A stretch of 63,723 nucleotides of DNA, the filler included, from Folioceros fuciformis (lineage: Eukaryota): the NCBI GenBank assembly GCA_049999805.1. It is 23 parts of 23 records of this genome, joined end to end, with 100 filler letters (N's around TTAATTAATTAA, not from the genome) between each part and the next. Parts side by side here need not be neighbours in the genome. Positions count along the whole stretch, not along the records: positions 60,375 to 63,723 come from JBNGIO010002777.1; 22 more parts are not named here. One strand, written 5' to 3'. Shown here piece by piece: positions 60,726 through 63,723 of this stretch. A model generated the notes under the pieces. It was not told where the DNA came from. It saw nothing but the letters and a program-made list of their open reading frames with translations, and searched no databases. The translations under genes and the position numbers were made by a program. Numbering within the stretch: position 1 is the stretch's first letter; each line of letters opens with the position of its first letter.

Positions 60726-61327
60726 GTATTACCTTACTCTCACCGACGGCTATAGTCGATACTTATGGACCATCCCCATGCAGCTAAAGAGTGATACTTT
60801 TCAACTGTTCAGAGACTGGCTCCCTGTGGTGCAGCGACACACTGGACAGGTTGTTAAATGGCTTCGAACTGACAATGGCACTGAATTCATCAATGCACAA
60901 TTTGATGCCTACCTACAGGAGTATGGAATTCAGCGTCAGCTGACAGTCCCCTACACACCACAACATCATGGAGTTGCCGAACATAAAAATCAAACCTTAC
61001 TCGGCATGATTCGCAACATGTTGCTTTGGGCTGAACTCCCACAAGGATATTGCGCAGAGGCAGTGGTGGCTGCTACCTACATACTAAACAGGGTGTTCAC
61101 AAGTTCTGTCAAAGGGCAGACCCCCTATGAGGTACTTTGGAAACGTAAGCCCAGCATTCTTCATCTCTGAGACTTCGGCTCTTGGGCTTTCGGCCATATC
61201 CCTACCAAAAAGAGGAGGAAGTTAGACAATAGGGCTCAAGGTCTTATTTTTGTAGGATACAGCGAGAATGTCAAAGCTTATAAACTTTATGACAAGCATT
61301 GACATACCATTGTTCTAGCAAGGAGTG
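60726..61327 (+). mobile_element. Ty1/copia integrase core fragment between two insertions
   Basis: LRTDNGTEF, YTPQHHGVAE, AEAVVAATY, LIFVGYS. Confidence 0.93.
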
Positions 61328-63576
61328 TGTGGAGGAAAATATTGCACCTGGGGGTGCTGCGAGGTCCACACAAACCCTATTTGTCATTATAGCACTGAGA
61401 TTCGATCCCAAGGGAATGATTTGTGTTAAATAACACAGGTTGTCTCACAAAGTCAATTACTACCCTGGGTCAGGCTCACACGGTTACTACTACCACCTAC
61501 CTGACCGCCTTGCTACCACCTGGTTACTCTGTCGCCTTGGCGGCTACTACTATTCCTGACTACTTTCGTCGTCCCTTTGGCGACGATCGCCCGATTGGCT
61601 ACCCCAGTGGGATCCACACTCTCTCTCTCTTTTCCTCTGACCCACACCACCTTTCTTTCTCTACCTCCTCTTTCTACTTACTTTTCCGGCTTATGCCTCT
61701 TGATTATCGGGATCTGTCGCAGACCTCTCCCTTTTCCCGTACTGGCAATCATTCTTCCTTCGCGACACACACCCCTCCATCCACTCACATCCACTCACTG
61801 CCCCTCTCAGGGGTCGAAGGTGCCCAGCTCATGCCCACACCCACACACATAGAAAGCCACGAACTTCACATACCTACCTACTCCTTAATCAGTCTGCACG
61901 CCCTCCTCCGCTATCGCGTTCGACTCGCCACCTCCGGGACAGACCCCTCGCGTTTGCTTGTACGTCCTTGTACTTCAGTCACATAGACACCGGTGAACTT
62001 CTCTTCACCTCACAACAATCCGTCAAAGCACCTAGACACATCTAGTTCTCGTCATGCTCCCCCTTATTTACTAGCTTGTCAGACGCGGCTACACATCCGC
62101 GGCGCTCACCCTCACCACTCCGGTTTCTCGGTTCTTCGGCTGCACCCTCAACTCGCTGCCACTCACACACCGTCAATCCAATCATCCAATTTTGCAACTT
62201 CTTTCTCCAGTCATCACCACAACCATACTCCGGATTCACGCGTAGCTCTCCTAGTGGCGGCCAGCAGGCCACCCGCTGGCTTCCTAACACGCAACCCTCG
62301 ACACATCCTCAATCTTTGATCTACTTACGACTCTCGTCTTCTCTCACCAATGTGCCCCGTCTAGGCCTTCTCTTCTCCTCGACGTTTGAAGGTATGGTGG
62401 GTCACCGAAGGCCAAGGGAAGGGTTATCCACTTCCACTCCGAACTCGCGGATTCGGTCTCCAACACCTTCACCACCCCACGCAACCGTCACAAGAATAGC
62501 TGGGGAGCTCATCTCCCACTCGGTGAGGTCTCTCCTCCCGATTCGTTCTTGGTTCCAGCTACGGAGCATCCACCACCTGCACCCGCACCTTCAGAACACT
62601 ACGTGCGCTCACTTGCCTGGACCTCCTATCCGACAACGGCCATCGCTAGGCTTCCACAACGTCGGAATGTCTGGCTGGTTTCTTGCTGATTTTTCCGAGG
62701 CCTCAAACTGGCCTCTTGTACACGGTAGTGGTGTTCTTTGCACCATAAAGTCTGTCAGGAGTCAGTCAGCGCTCTTGAATGCTGAGCGGCTTAGGTCCAA
62801 GCAACAACAATCTAAAAAAAACTGGTCTAGATTGTAATTACTATCGCCTCCTTCTTTGCCGCTGGCGCCTCCCTCCTGGCCGTCGCACTCCTCCCTCTAC
62901 TAGTTCGCCTCTGGCCCTCATGCCCCGACGCTGGTCAGGAAGGTCCTCCCACAAGACCTCCACCTCACTACTGCTGCTGCTGGGCCTTGCTGGCGGTGGC
63001 ACAGGAGGGTCCCGTTGCAGCAAATTCCTCCCCTCCCTTTGTTGCTGATTACTGAGGATGAGGACAGGCTCCCGTTCAACCCGCCGCTGCGCCTCCTCCT
63101 CCGTCAGCTCCTCCAGGATTGCCTCAGAATAGCAGTGAGGCAGCCCCCATACCCGCCAACGGTAGTAGTAGATGCCCCTGCAAGTATTCAGTTGTAGGCC
63201 GTAGCCCCGCATCCCTCCTGTGCCCATGTGTACATACAAAAACAGCTTCAGAACTCGGGCTCCCTCCACATAGAGGCCTGGCACATAAGAAGTCTCCTCC
63301 TCATATTGCAGCATAACTTGACCCTCTGTCATAAGGGAGATGCTTACCCCTTCCTCCCTTGGGCTACTTCGGGCTGCCCGACCCCTGCTCTCCTGGGGTA
63401 CCTGAGAGTCCTCCATCCCCCCGGCTGCTACTGCTTCCTCCGGCTCTGTCCGCCTGGTGCGAGTCGCCCTCATGGAACGCCTGGGCACAAGCGCCCTTGC
63501 TCTCGCTGCTCCGGCTACCGGGGTCGTGACTTTGGCTACCGAGGTCGCACCACCCCTTTCGGTAGCCCCTTCTGCA
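61328..63576 (-). mobile_element. ORF-bearing TG..CA element: ORF C-terminus (stop 62841), 1.5-kb downstream region and terminus type B
   Basis: C-terminal domain homologous to 15800-16494; TGTGGAGGAAAATATTGCA at 61328 interrupts copia ...ARSV. Confidence 0.88.
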
Positions 63577-63723
63577 AAAAGATAGGATCGAATGAATTGC
63601 ATTATGGGGTAACACACGTTTTGTGTGTCACCTGACATGTGACGGTTACAACCGTATTTAGGTAACCGTCTAGTTTGCTAATTAACCTAAGGACTGGACA
63701 AAATTAATATATATATAGTTTCA

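Overview
Land-plant nuclear DNA, almost entirely nested retrotransposon debris. The window is not contiguous: 23 short contigs are joined by 22 artificial 100-bp spacers (44 N + TTAATTAATTAA + 44 N), so nothing can be inferred across a spacer. Content: about 14 fragments of Ty1/copia gag-pol, two Ty3/gypsy fragments, many pieces of an abundant TGTG...CACA-bounded element, and three host-gene fragments (last three exons of an NSF/vesicle-fusing ATPase, a CYP85-clan P450 pseudo-exon, an intronless CDPK-like pseudokinase). The main signal is a set of accessory proteins carried by the retroelements. (1) A copia family has a separate ~230-aa ORF upstream of gag, with a coiled-coil-like segment and a C-x9-H-x7-C-x2-C motif; it occurs in three copies with codon-level purifying selection. 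(2) A ~4.7-kb unit reconstructed from overlapping copies has TG..CA termini and encodes one ~850-aa protein with no RT, integrase or transposase motif; a distant homolog lies at 50.7-51.1 kb. (3) A gypsy gag has a LINE-ORF1-type DUF4283/RRM domain at its N-terminus. (4) A gypsy integrase ends in a PHD finger. (5) An antisense ORF lies between a copia RNase H and its PPT. All family assignments are by eye from motifs; no database search was run.
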